A stretch of DNA of 63,426 bases, filler included, from Octopus bimaculoides (Eukaryota): assembly GCF_001194135.2 (NCBI RefSeq). It is 7 parts of 7 records of this genome, joined end to end, with 100 filler letters (N's around TTAATTAATTAA, not from the genome) between each part and the next. Parts side by side here need not be neighbours in the genome. Positions count along the whole stretch, not along the records: positions 51,626 to 57,268 come from NC_069002.1; positions 57,369 to 59,812 come from NW_026401075.1; positions 59,913 to 63,426 come from NW_026380616.1; 4 more parts are not named here. The stretch is one strand, 5' to 3'. Both the position numbers and the translations under genes were made by a program. The notes beneath the pieces were generated by a model that saw only the letters and a list, made by a program, of their open reading frames with translations, made no database searches and had not been told where the DNA came from. The first letter of the stretch is position 1; the number at the start of each line of letters is the position of its first letter. Of this stretch, positions 52,096-63,426 are shown in pieces.

Positions 52096-53604
52096 TCTAC
52101 CACCCAGGGCTAGAGATGGCCCGTGAGTAAATAACTAAATTTCCGGGTTGGAATTTCATCAATGTTTACCATTATTAATTCTGGTTCTGTATTCTTCTAA
52201 AATCTAAACTATTTAGACTGGTGACTTTGTAATTGAGAACGGTTAGCAAACAAAATGAGAAGAGTACTACATTTAAAGAAATTGAGAGGGAAGGAATACC
52301 AAAGACGCCATCTTCGTGGACAACTGATAGTAAAATGGGCGCTAGTATACATAATTAAGAAAACCTAAATAAGGAAAATTTCACAGTGATGCTTGACAGA
52401 AACGTCAAGTGAAATATTCCTGTACTTACAATAATTAATATATTTATTTTGAATTCTGTTGTTTCAGCTATTTTAATAAGTGAGACGTGGAGCCAAAGGT
52501 ACTGACTCAATGTGTGTCTTAACAGTAACCTGGTTTCGATTCTCAGTCGTTCCAAGTTCACACCATTTACATGAACATTCAGAAGGAACAGCGGAACAAT
52601 ACAATTTGCGCTGATATTATACCTTTAAACATAATAATTACCATACACATGAACGCAAAAACACAGGGATGAATGTGTTTGTCTGTGTGTGTGTGCGTGT
52701 GTATAATTTGATTAAATTGTCCTGCACAGTAAACTGATTCAACCCTCCTTATAAAAAAGACCCCCCTCCCCCACCGTTCATGTCTACGAACATTTGTAAT
52801 TAATATTTTAAGTTCGGTGTTTACAGTACAGCACACTGCAAAAATGAAATGAAATAAAATAATAATAACTTAAGATATAGAAATGTTTACTTACCTTAAT
52901 GTATGTCATGTATTTTAATAAACATTAATTTTACTGATGAATAAATTTTATTTGGCGACGAGCATTTCTGAAAATGTAAAGATATATATGTATTACATTA
53001 TGTTCGTAAATGAGACAAGGAGGGAAAGAAAGACTGATGCTTTCGCATTAATATTTATGCAAGTGTATGTAAATATGTCTCTTATTTTCAAATATTCTAT
53101 GAACAAATGGGAAAGTTTAGAAGGTCTCATACTGATGTGATTAAAACTAGCAATGCTTCTTTCGAAATGTACTTAACTAACCATTAAATTATATTAGAAT
53201 ATACTTTGCTAACACTTTAATGAATGGTTGAACGGGATTAATGAATGGTTGGACGGGGTTAAGGAATGGTTGAGTGAGCGTCTGTATTAAGTTCATTGGT
53301 GGAAATAATGCAATGGTGTAATGAGCGGCTGAATTGATAATGAGACGAATCTATGATTAATTTTACAGTAATGTGAAAGTGGAACATTTCTAACACATCT
53401 ATATATAGATATGCATGTATATATACATATATATATAGATATGCATGTATATATACATATATATACATATATATATACATATATATACAATTCCCTGCCT
53501 TATATCTGTATATTTATATATACATATATAGATATGCATGTATATATACATATATGAGTGTGTAGGCATACATACAGATAGGTGCATACGTCTATACACA
53601 TACA

Positions 53605-53960
53605 TTTGTAATGGTGTCTGTCTGTATGTGGGGGGGGGGCTCCCACACCGTCCAACCGATGCCCTGAAGTTCAAATNNNNNNNNNNCGTCCAACCGATGC
53701 CCTGAAGTTCAAATAAGGCCGGAATTTTTCGAAAACTCGATAATGCTCAGTTGGCATCGATTTTTGTGAGCTCAATCGGGCGTTTGAATAGAAATTCCAT
53801 AACGATGTTATTTTTCTTGCAGCTTTTGCATTCTTTCATGTGTAAAATTTCAATAAAATCGATAGAATAGTCTCTAAGGAAATGCTTATTCAATACAAAG
53901 TCAGAGGTGAGCTTAACTTCAACACGGAAAACACGAGCAACGCCGGGTTCAACAGCTAGT
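53605..53960 (+). mobile_element. Non-autonomous Helitron/DINE-like element
   Basis: (GTCT)-type tract near the 5' end; the 3' end ACGAGCAACGCCGGGTTCAACAG-CTAG|T (53956-53960) is a Helitron-type terminus. Confidence 0.6.
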
Positions 53961-54083
53961 ATGTACATATATATATATGTACATTCATATATATATGCGT
54001 TTGTTGTGTTTTTTATACTTGACGTTGCAGTTTGTTGTTGATTGACATATAGCTATCAGTTTATCTATTTACTTATTGATAGA

Positions 54084-55278
54084 TATTGCGTCCTCCCAAA
54101 AATAATGCGGTTTTTTTTCAATTGCATGAATTAGAAGTTGGAGGGGTACTGGATAAACTACCTGCATCAACTTGCTATGAAAGCAAATAGTAATTTTACC
54201 TTGTCAGTATTCTTAGTGCAGGCTTTGAAGATTGCAGTTCGATTTTAACAGTTAATTTTTCAAAGCTATAATAGAAGTGACAAAGGAACATATGCGGCAT
54301 ATTTTGCTTTATGAGTTCAATAAAGGCAATAACGCAACGGAAAGTGTGAGGAATCTTAATGCAGTATATGGGGATCGGACAATAAGCGTAAGCTAGTGTC
54401 AACTATGGTTCCAGAAATTCCGAGCCGGAAACTACAGCCTGGAAGACTAGCCTCGTTCTGGAAAATCTGTAGAACTCGGCGAGAACGTCCTACAAACCCT
54501 GGTGGAACAAAATCTCATCGTAACTGTTGCAGAACTAGTAGAGAAGCTTGGTCATTCATCCATTCATCGGCACCTGCGTGCCATCGAAAAAGTCAGCAAA
54601 CTATGTTAATGGGTTCCTCACAAACTTTCCGAGTCTAATCGCATACACCGAGTGAATATGTGCTCTTCTTTGCTATCAGGTCTCCCGAATGAACCCTTTG
54701 TGGACCGAGTAATGACTGGTGATGATAAATTGGTTCTCTATAAAAATGTCAAGCACCGAAGACCGTGGGTGGGGAGAGGAAAAACACCAGCACCCCAGGC
54801 TGAAAAAGGACTTCACTCCGTAAGGTGTTGTTATCTGTTTGGTGGGATATGAAAGGTTTAGTCCACTTTGAACTTTTAAACCCAAACAAAACGATAACAA
54901 ATGCGATCTACTGCGAGTAGCTTGAGCACTAGAAGAAAAATGGCCATTTTTGATTTCAAGTCGAAAGGTGTTCTTGCATCAGTCCCACCCACCATATTCG
55001 CCGGACATTGCCCCATCTAATTATCATTTATTCCACAGTCCTCAAAATCGTTTGGACGGAAGAAATATGAATTCTGTAGACAAGGTCAGAACAGTACACG
55101 AGGAGTATTTTTCGTCACGGACAACTGAAATTTGGAAGAGGGGTCTTGCAAGTCTACCAGAAGAGCATTGTAGAAAATTAAGGAAAGTATATTTTAGATT
55201 TTTTTTTTAAATTGTTTATCTCAATTTTGAAAAGTGAAAGAAATGTAAATTTTGAAAAATAAAACAAGTATAAAAAAC
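54084..55278 (+). mobile_element. Near-full-length decayed mariner element
   Basis: 5' end TA-TTGCGTCCTCCCAAAAATAATGCGG. Transposase remnants from ~54271: EHMRHILLYEFNKG, WFQKFRAGNYSLED, (W)VPH, MTGDDKLVLYKN, HPPYSPDIAPSNYHLF, with multiple stops and frameshifts. The 3' TIR is replaced by (GATA)n. Confidence 0.92.
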
Positions 55279-55279
55279 G

Positions 55280-55310
<31 letters not shown>

Positions 55311-55614
55311 GTAGATAGATAGATAGATAGATAGATAGATACAGGATAATGCGGTCAAAACATCGTAACTTGCATTCGAATGCTTTTGTACTGTTATTTT
55401 GCTGCAATAAATCTATGAGTACCATGAAGATCGCTTTGACTCTCTTAATTGAAGCGTTGTTGGTGCTATTATTGAAATATTACTTTTGTATTTATGCTTT
55501 TGTCTCTCGAAATCCAATAATTTAATTGGTAGAAAGTAATATATATCTTATACCCAACCTTGTATAATGATATATGAATATAAACTCAGCAAGTTAGATT
55601 GGTGTATATATATA

Positions 55615-55659
<45 letters not shown>

Positions 55660-55828
55660 GTGTGTGTACGTATATAGATAGATATGTAGATAGATATGTA
55701 GATAGATAAATAAAATAGATAGACAGATAGATATACATATGTATATACATGGAAACGTAAAGTGTCGCTGGAGCGGTCACAGGTGTGTGACGAAAGATTT
55801 CTGGACAGTGGATATAAAATTAGACCAG

Positions 55829-55864
<36 letters not shown>

Positions 55865-57057
55865 AGAGAGAGAGAGAGATAGAGAGAGAGATTGTATGCG
55901 TGCAAGTTTCACAATAACAGAACAACATACACACATATATAAACACGGAACACATATACAAACATCTATGCTCTTACATGCATTGTGGCCAAACAGACGC
56001 GCTCACATAAGGTTTAAGATACATGCAGACCTCTTGCAACCTCATTCAATCCAGCAATCCAGTGTTGTCTGTAGTAGTAGGAATGTAGTTTATTGCTGCA
56101 CGCTGGTGTCGAACCGATGATAAGTTTCAGAGCTTTGAAAACGCATTAATAGCTCGTTACCTGTTTCGCTCTTGAGAAGATATCTTAATACAAATAATTA
56201 CAGATTATCAGCTTTAACGTACAGACACATCTCATTTTCCAATCTATTTCAATTAAATTTTAATTAGATGTTCAGCAGACTTCTATCTTTTTATTTATTT
56301 TATTTTTATTTATATAATGTGTTGTATAGTGGAGAAATTTATCAAGAAACTTTTCTATTTTATAGATTTATATTCTTTGATAACTGTGTCTGGTAAAAAT
56401 TCTACAGCATATGGGAAATAGCTTCAAAGCGTCATAAGATTATGACATAACTTTAGTGCGGCTTATTGAACACTCACTAATTCACATAGATATCTCATCA
56501 CTACAATCCTATATTTTACATAACGTGAGATAAAACTCTATTTCATTGATATATTACAAATTTGTCAACAAAGAAATGACGGGAGAATGCTCGTCTTGCC
56601 TTAGTTCTTACTTTAAAAACAATCACAGAAATATGACAGATAATTGCTTTTTGATTCGTAAATTTGACAAATAGCTTAATTAACATTTCTTTTTACCTCT
56701 ATAGTGAAAAGCTCAAATGGTTGATTGGCTGTAATCTGCTACTGGTATTACATTATATTTGAAGATAAGATGCTTAATCCATGAGAAACGAAACTACTTA
56801 CATTTATATTAAGGGCAAAGCAATTAACGTTTATGTCCCTGTTCAGCAGCGTAATGCTGCGATCAAAGGTCGTCCAGCATTGAACTTTTCTACCATTTTA
56901 AATCATGACAATGCGTTGCTAAACCTACATTGTTCAAATTCGTTTTATTATTTCAGAGAGTACAATGTCATGAGATACTTTCGGCTCATATATTTAGCAG
57001 GTCAGGTGACGAAGTAGACTACAGCTTGTAGATCACAGAGAGAGAAAGAGAGAGTGA

Positions 57058-57104
<47 letters not shown>

Positions 57105-57268
57105 ACAAGCGTTTCCATCCTCAAATACAAATACATCTTTTGAGCTATAGAAAATAAAATACACTTAAGAACATTTAAAGTAATATATGAAATATGAGTA
57201 TATATACATACTTACACAACACACACACACATATATACGTGTATGTATATATATATATATATATATAT

Positions 57269-57368
57269 NNNNNNNNNNNNNNNNNNNNNNNNNNNNNNNN
57301 NNNNNNNNNNNNTTAATTAATTAANNNNNNNNNNNNNNNNNNNNNNNNNNNNNNNNNNNNNNNNNNNN
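57269..57368. other. Artificial scaffold join
   Basis: 44 N + TTAATTAATTAA + 44 N. Confidence 0.95.
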
Positions 57369-57591
57369 TACATACATACATACATACATACATACATGTT
57401 GGTCTGAGTAATTGGGTCTCTTCAGTTTTATATAATTTTTTCTGTACTCTTAAATAAGCATCGAGTTCTTTACGTTTATTCTTGTTTGTAACTCCAGTGC
57501 AAAGTGTGTGTGTGTGTGTGTGAGAAAGAGAGAGAGGTGGAGAGAGTGAGAGTTCCTATATATACATTTACATAAAAAATCAGAGACAGAC

Positions 57592-57644
<53 letters not shown>

Positions 57645-57954
57645 TGAGTGTTTTAATGAGGAAACTCGTGAATGCTATCATCCATTAGCGTCTCTTTCCT
57701 GCGCACACCTCGTTCCCGTCATCGCCATCAACAGAAACAGTTCAGCTAATATATTGATGAACCTCCGACAGTGGACCGAAGCAATTAGTGGAGAAGAACA
57801 AAAGATAGAAAAATATACCAATAAATGAACAAATTAATTAATTAAATAATAAAACTAATAAATAATCGATATTACCAGAGATTTTAACTTTCTAACGTTT
57901 TGATGAGAGATGACTTTTAATTTTGATTGATCTGTTATTGATCTGGTAGTGATT

Positions 57955-58610
57955 AGGGGTGATCTGGCAGAAACGGTAGCACGCCGGGCGAAATGCTTAG
58001 CGGTATTTCGTCTGTCTTTACGTTCTGAGTTCAAATTCTGCCGAGGTCGATTTTGCCTTTCATCCTTTCGGGGTCTATAAATTAAGTACCAGTNNNNNNN
58101 NNNTCATCCATTAGCGTCTCTTTCCTGCGCACACCTCGTTCCCGTCATCGCCATCAACAGAAACAGTTCAGCTAATATATTGATGAACCTCCGACAGTGG
58201 ACCGAAGCAATTAGTGGAGAAGAACAAAAGATAGAAAAATATACCAATAAATGAACAAATTAATTAATTAAATAATAAAACTAATAAATAATCGATATTA
58301 CCAGAGATTTTAACTTTCTAACGTTTTGATGAGAGATGACTTTTAATTTTGATTGATCTGTTATTGATCTGGTAGTGATTAGGGGTGATCTGGCAGAAAC
58401 GGTAGCACGCCGGGCGAAATGCTTAGCGGTATTTCGTCTGTCTTTACGTTCTGAGTTCAAATTCTGCCGAGGTCGATTTTGCCTTTCATCCTTTCGGGGT
58501 CTATAAATTAAGTACCAGTTACGCACTGGTTTCGATGTAATCGACTTAATCCCTTTGTCTGTCCTTGTTCCCTCTATGTTTAGCCCCTTGTGGGCAATAA
58601 AGAAATAAGA
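57955..58610 (+). mobile_element. SINE family C copy (appears twice because of an assembly overlap)
   Basis: CTGGCAGAAACGGTAGCACGCCGGGCGAAATGCTTAGCGG at ~57966 and ~58391; the second copy ends in the long tail ...GGGCAATAAAGAAATAAG. Confidence 0.85.
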
Positions 58611-58611
58611 A

Positions 58612-59045
58612 CCTATATACTTCAGAGACAAGACATAATTGCAAACTGAAGGAAACCAAGATCATAAATATTGCCATTCTTGGGGATGCACCAGTGGATG
58701 ATAAAGAACTGGTAAAGATCGAAAAATACAAGAAGCCACTAAAAAATGTAATTGCACGAATGTGGCCAAAGAAGAAAGTAATTATTATCCCGGTGGCTGT
58801 AGGAGTCACTGGGAGCATTTACAATCGGATTTTAAGAATTTGTTGGAGAAATTAGCATTGATATATGAGGGAAGAACATACTCAGAAAACTGCTTTATTG
58901 GGGAGAGCAAGGGTTTTAAGATTGGTACCTGGATGTTGAGTATCGTTGAAGAGACCCTTGACAACAAGCTGTTGTCCGTTCTTTCAGTGGCCGGAGAAAG
59001 TGAAGTCGAGAGCTTTGAGATGTGGAATAACAATAAGAATTATAA
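58612..59045 (+). mobile_element. 3' end of a restriction-like-endonuclease (R4/NeSL-type) non-LTR retrotransposon, decayed
   Basis: Across frameshifts: RQDII...KETKIINIAILGD..VDDKELVKIEKY...RMW...IIPVAVGVTG...LLEKL...QKTALLG.ARVLRLV, then a short 3' UTR with an (AAT)-like tail. This matches the RPD..D..(K)..KY and QK..LLGTA.ILR motifs of RLE-type LINEs. Confidence 0.8.
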
Positions 59046-59364
59046 TTTCATTTGATGTGGTCTGTCTGATCCTATTGCATGTGCAGCAATGAAGATTATC
59101 GTTGTCGTATAGCTTCAGGTCTTTCCAGACCAAGCAGTTCTATGATACGCAGACACCCGGCCGAAAGACAAAGAACGATTCACAGATTCATCATAACTGC
59201 ACATCCCGTTGGCCAATGATGAATGGTAAACGGTGTAGTGTGACAATCTCACTGCCTTCCAATCCATTCTTCTATCCCCGGAGATCGTAGTGGTGGCAAC
59301 AGCGGAGGAAATTAAAATAGTCTCGGCCCGAGCACGACAGTTACTTTTTATTTATTATTGGTAG

Positions 59365-59376
59365 TGCGCATGCGCA
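59365..59376. promoter_or_regulatory. Perfect NRF1-type palindrome TGCGCATGCGCA in a CpG-rich patch
   Basis: Direct read; GGCCAAT at ~59211 and several CpGs at 59140-59340. No linked transcript identified. Confidence 0.3.
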
Positions 59377-59812
59377 TGCAGTGTCTGCGTCCATTGAAGT
59401 TATTAATGTTATAGTTAGTTTTCTGTGTACGTGTTCCTAGTTCTCTCTCTGGTTTTGTAGAATAGATAAGGTTTGGAGGAATTATTTCATTTTGTGAGAG
59501 AAATTGCGCAATTTAAAGTTTGCTGCGGGGGAATTATGTACCAGAATCACATATTAACTTTTGAATATCTTGGAATAACAGCAACAATAAAAATCCCAAA
59601 GGATTCTGGTTGAAGTGGCAAACTAGAAATTTTGTGAGAAGGTGACATGTTGTTTACGTGGGCCACAGTAGCTAATTTGCAAATGATTTTATTGACTACG
59701 GAGGGATGAACTCACAATAGAGTTTCCAGTGGGAGTATTGTAAAATCGACCAGTGTGCATTGTTGGGCAGAACTGAACTGGTCAGTCCTATAATTGCCTT
59801 GAAGGGAGAGAG

Positions 59813-59912
59813 NNNNNNNNNNNNNNNNNNNNNNNNNNNNNNNNNNNNNNNNNNNNTTAATTAATTAANNNNNNNNNNNNNNNNNNNNNNNNNNNNNNNN
59901 NNNNNNNNNNNN
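59813..59912. other. Artificial scaffold join
   Basis: 44 N + TTAATTAATTAA + 44 N. Confidence 0.95.
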
Positions 59913-60240
59913 ACCATTAAACACAAAAGAAGAAAATAAAAGACAACCAGAAAGAAAACACCACATTATATATTTATCGAAATACGTACATCCTATATAC
60001 AATTGTCTCTATACATACATCTCTTAATACTTATATTTATGGCTTAAGGCGGTGAGCTGGCAGAAACGTTAGCACGCTGGTCGAACTGCTTAGCGGTATA
60101 ACGGCTCTGTGAATTATTGTGAATACTGNNNNNNNNNNNNNNNNNNNNNNNNNNNNNNNNNNNNNNNNNNNNNNNNNNNNNNNNNNNNNNNNNNNNNNNN
60201 NNNNNNNNNNNNNNNNNNNNNNNNNNNNNNNNNNNNNNNN

Positions 60241-61077
60241 NCGAGCCGCTGTATTTTTTTCTCCAGTCATGGCGAGTGGTAGTATCTCCAGTGTGGAGAG
60301 CTATGCCAGGGCCACTGCGGCGAAGAAGCCAATGCCGCTGGAAACCAAGTTGATCAAGCTGGATATGGAGGAGGTGAGAAGAAGCAGGAATTTGATAGAA
60401 GTAGAGGGAGACTCATACAAATTGTCCCCACCAAAAGANNNNNNNNNNNNNNNNNNNNNNNNNNNNNNNNNNNNNNNNNNNNNNNNNNNNNNNNNNNNNN
60501 NNNNNNNNNNNNNNNNNNNNACGGAAGAGGAAATCGAGGAGTGCCTGGGTGAAATTGTGAATGAAGCCACATACGTCAACAGAGGAAGAAAGTTTGGTAT
60601 GGTAGAGGTAAGGTTCGCCACTATAGAAGAGGCAAACAAGCATGCGACCAACATTTTAAGAAATACAAAAATAGCATTACTACCAAATTATAGAGGAAGA
60701 AGAAGTGTGAGAATATGTATTCCCAGAGTGCCACCAGAAATTAAACCAGAGTGGTTGGTTGCAACAGTGCTAGCTGCAACNNNNNNNNNNCACCAGAAAT
60801 TAAACCAGAGTGGTTGGTTGCAACAGTGCTAGCTGCAACGAAGGAGGATCCAGAATTGGGACCAGTGGCGGAATCAAAGGTGTGCAACTGGTGAGGATTT
60901 GGACTCGAAATGTGGCTTTTTTGCCACATTCGAGGACATAGAAAGAATTCCCTACCAGAGAGAAGTGGAGGATGAGAGAACGCTAAATGTTATAGTCGAG
61001 GAAAGGAAACCAAATTGCTACATATGTGGGGAGAGAGGTCATATGAAGATCAAATGCCCCCTATATGAGTTCACACA
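60241..61077 (+). mobile_element. ORF1 (gag-like, CCHC zinc knuckle) of an L1/Tx1-type LINE, interrupted by gaps
   Basis: MASGSISSVESYARATAAKKP...GMVEVRFATIEEA...RICIPRVPPEI...KPNCYICGERGHMKIKCP: an N-terminal SYA motif, an RRM-like segment and CX2CX4HX4C. One stop near 60892. Confidence 0.85.
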
Positions 61078-61870
61078 NNNNNNNNNNNNNNNNNNNNNNN
61101 NNNNNNNNNNNNNNNNNNNNNNNNNNNNNNNNNNNNNNNNNNNNNNNNNNNNNNNNNNNNNNNNNNNNNNNNNNNNNNNNNNNNNNNNNNNNNNNNNNNN
61201 NNNNNNNNNNNNNNNNNNNNNNNNNNNNNNNNNNNNNNNNNNNNNNNNNNNNNNNNNNNNNNNNNNNNNNNNNNNNNNNNNNNNNNNNNNNNNNNNNNNN
61301 NNNNNNNNNNNNNNNNNNNNNNNNNNNNNNNNNNNNNNNNNNNNNNNNNNNNNNNNNNNNNNNNNNNNNNNNNNNNNNNNNNNNNNNNNNNNNNNNNNNN
61401 NNNNNNNNNNNNNNNNNNNNNNNNNNNNNNNNNNNNNNNNNNNNNNNNNNNNNNNNNNNNNNNNNNNNNNNNNNNNNNNNNNNNNNNNNNNNNNNNNNNN
61501 NNNNNNNNNNNNNNNNNNNNNNNNNNNNNNNNNNNNNNNNNNNNNNNNNNNNNNNNNNNNNNNNNNNNNNNNNNNNNNNNNNNNNNNNNNNNNNNNNNNN
61601 NNNNNNNNNNNNNNNNNNNNNNNNNNNNNNNNNNNNNNNNNNNNNNNNNNNNNNNNNNNNNNNNNNNNNNNNNNNNNNNNNNNNNNNNNNNNNNNNNNNN
61701 NNNNNNNNNNNNNNNNNNNNNNNNNNNNNNNNNNNNNNNNNNNNNNNNNNNNNNNNNNNNNNNNNNNNNNNNNNNNNNNNNNNNNNNNNNNNNNNNNNNN
61801 NNNNNNNNNNNNNNNNNNNNNNNNNNNNNNNNNNNNNNNNNNNNNNNNNNNNNNNNNNNNNNNNNNNNNN

Positions 61871-62292
61871 CAATAAAGAAATTGGTATTTCGTCTGTCGT
61901 TACGTTCTGAATTCAAATTCTCCCGAGGTCAACTTCGCCTTTCATCCTTTCGGGGTCAATAAATAAAGTAGCAGTTATGCACTGGGGTCGACTTAATCAC
62001 TTTGTTCTTGTTTTTCCTCTCTATGTTTAGCCCCTTGTGGGCATTAAAGAAATAAGAAACGTTAGCATNNNNNNNNNNTATGTTTAGCCCCTTGTGGGCA
62101 TTAAAGAAATAAGAAACGTTAGCATGTCAGGCGAAATGCTTTGCGGTATTTCGTCTGTCTTTAGGTTCTGAATTCATATTCTGCCGAGGTCGATTTTACA
62201 TTTCATCCTTTTGGGGTCGATAAATTAAGTACCAGTTGCATACTGGGNNNNNNNNNNNNNNNNNNNNNCCCCAAAAATTTCCGGCTTTGTGC
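61871..62292 (+). mobile_element. SINE family C multimer
   Basis: Junction J1 at 61884/61885 and J2 at 62056/62057 (repeated after an overlap gap); the last unit has the alternative tail. Confidence 0.85.
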
Positions 62293-63043
62293 AGAAAAGT
62301 TCATAGGCTGACTATGAAGGAGAGTTGCAAGAGCTGAGTAATCTTGCCTTTCTTCGTTTCAACGATTTTTATTAATAACTGAATTGTTTCCTAAACCAGG
62401 ATGAGTGTTGGCTTCATCGCGTCGAAGCAGAAACAAAGAGACAATCCATGCAGTGGAAACACCCCCTACTCACCTGCTTCAAAAAAGTTATCGTTGTTTC
62501 ATCTCCAGGGAAGATGATAGCTTTCGTTTTCGGGATGCAAAAGGCATTGTGTGAATTGACTATCTTTTAAAGGGCCACACCATCAATGGAGAGTATTGTG
62601 CCAACATGCTAAGGCNNNNNNNNNNTACGAAAAGATATCAAGACCAAACGGCCAGGAGACCTGCCAAAAGGGGTCATGTTTCGCCAGGGCAATGCCCCAG
62701 GACACAATTCAGTCCTTGGTTCAAATGGCTGCTGTACATGACTGTGGCTTTGGACTGGTTGACCAGCTTCCCTATTCTCCTGATTTGACCCCTGACTGTC
62801 ATTTGTTTCCAAACATGAAAAACAAAACAAAAAAAAGCAACATCTGGCTGGGAAGCATTATCGCATTGATGACGGATGATATGTCTGCTGTTGATGACAT
62901 TTTGAAGCATCAGGATGAAAGCTTGTTCATCAATGGGTCCCAAGCACCACAACACTGATGGAAGATGTGTGTGGACCGTAAGGGATGTTGAAAAATAAAA
63001 CTCATTTGGTTACATTTCATTAGATTAACTGATCAGCTTATGA
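62293..63043 (+). mobile_element. Internally deleted, decayed mariner (irritans-like)
   Basis: 5' remnant GAAAAGTTCATAGGCTGAC and a matching 3' remnant GATCAGCTTATGA(gap). Protein remnants DECWLH..ETKRQSMQWKHP, DAKGIV.IDYL.KG.TING.Y and PYSPDLTP.DCHLFPNMK. Confidence 0.88.
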
Positions 63044-63084
63044 NNNNNNNNNNNNNTGTGTGTGTGTGTTTGTGTGTGAGTGTG

Positions 63085-63400
63085 AGCATTGGAATCACAA
63101 TCATGAGATTGTGAGTTCGAATCCTGGATTGAGCTGTCTGTTGTGTTCTGGGGCAAGACACTTTGTCTCACGTTGCTTCAGTTCACTAAGCGGTGGAAAT
63201 GAACTGTGACCCTTCACTGCTGCCAAGCTGTATCGGACCTCTTTGCCTTTCCCTTGGATAACATCGATGGCGTGGAGNNNNNNNNNNAGGGGCCAGTATG
63301 CATGGGCGATGCATAAACAGCCTTGCCCGGATTTGTGCGTCGGAGGGGAATTTTCTAGGTGCAATCCCATACTTATTCATGACCGAAGGGGGTCTTTAGC
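63085..63400 (+). mobile_element. Diverged tRNA-derived SINE (further family)
   Basis: B-box GAGTTCGAATCC followed by the CORE-like GTTCTGGGGCAAGACACTTT and TTCAGTTCACTAAGC. Confidence 0.65.
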
Positions 63401-63426
63401 CTTTATACACACGTACACACACACAC

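Noticed and set aside
57678-58519. Apparent 416-bp perfect tandem duplication
   Set aside because: The two copies are identical and separated by exactly 10 N, the signature of an unmerged contig overlap. The same pattern occurs at the 10-N gaps near 31800, 44263, 53677, 60781 and 62069.
58870-59100. LRR-like peptide on the minus strand (PHLKALDF...NLKTLALP)
   Set aside because: It is the antisense of the RLE-LINE 3' end and UTR, which the plus strand explains well.

Overview
AT-rich, repeat-saturated animal genomic DNA from a gappy draft assembly. The SINE, mariner and LINE repertoire and the extreme microsatellite load point to an octopus (coleoid cephalopod); this is recognised from memory, not a database result. 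The window is not one contiguous molecule: six artificial 100-bp joins (44 N + TTAATTAATTAA + 44 N) split it into seven segments, and several 10-N gaps are flanked by duplicated sequence (assembly overlaps). Almost all ORFs in the supplied track are microsatellite or N read-through. Confident protein-coding signal is all transposon-derived: an L1/Tx1-type reverse transcriptase fragment (YADD), an L1/Tx1-type ORF1 with a CCHC knuckle, three decayed mariner transposases, the 3' end of a restriction-like-endonuclease (R4/NeSL-type) LINE and an RTE-like 3' end. There are at least four SINE families, a 118-bp piggyBac-type MITE, a hAT-Charlie-like end, Helitron/DINE-like pieces and Penelope-like terminal-repeat pieces. 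No host gene could be named. Several small candidate exons with good splice sites can be chained in phase into two short unidentified models (minus 28630-21274; plus 31065-33287), but these are unverified. The most unusual pattern is one SINE family occurring as head-to-tail multimers that reuse the same two junctions at four separate loci. I did not find a demonstrably new biological system.
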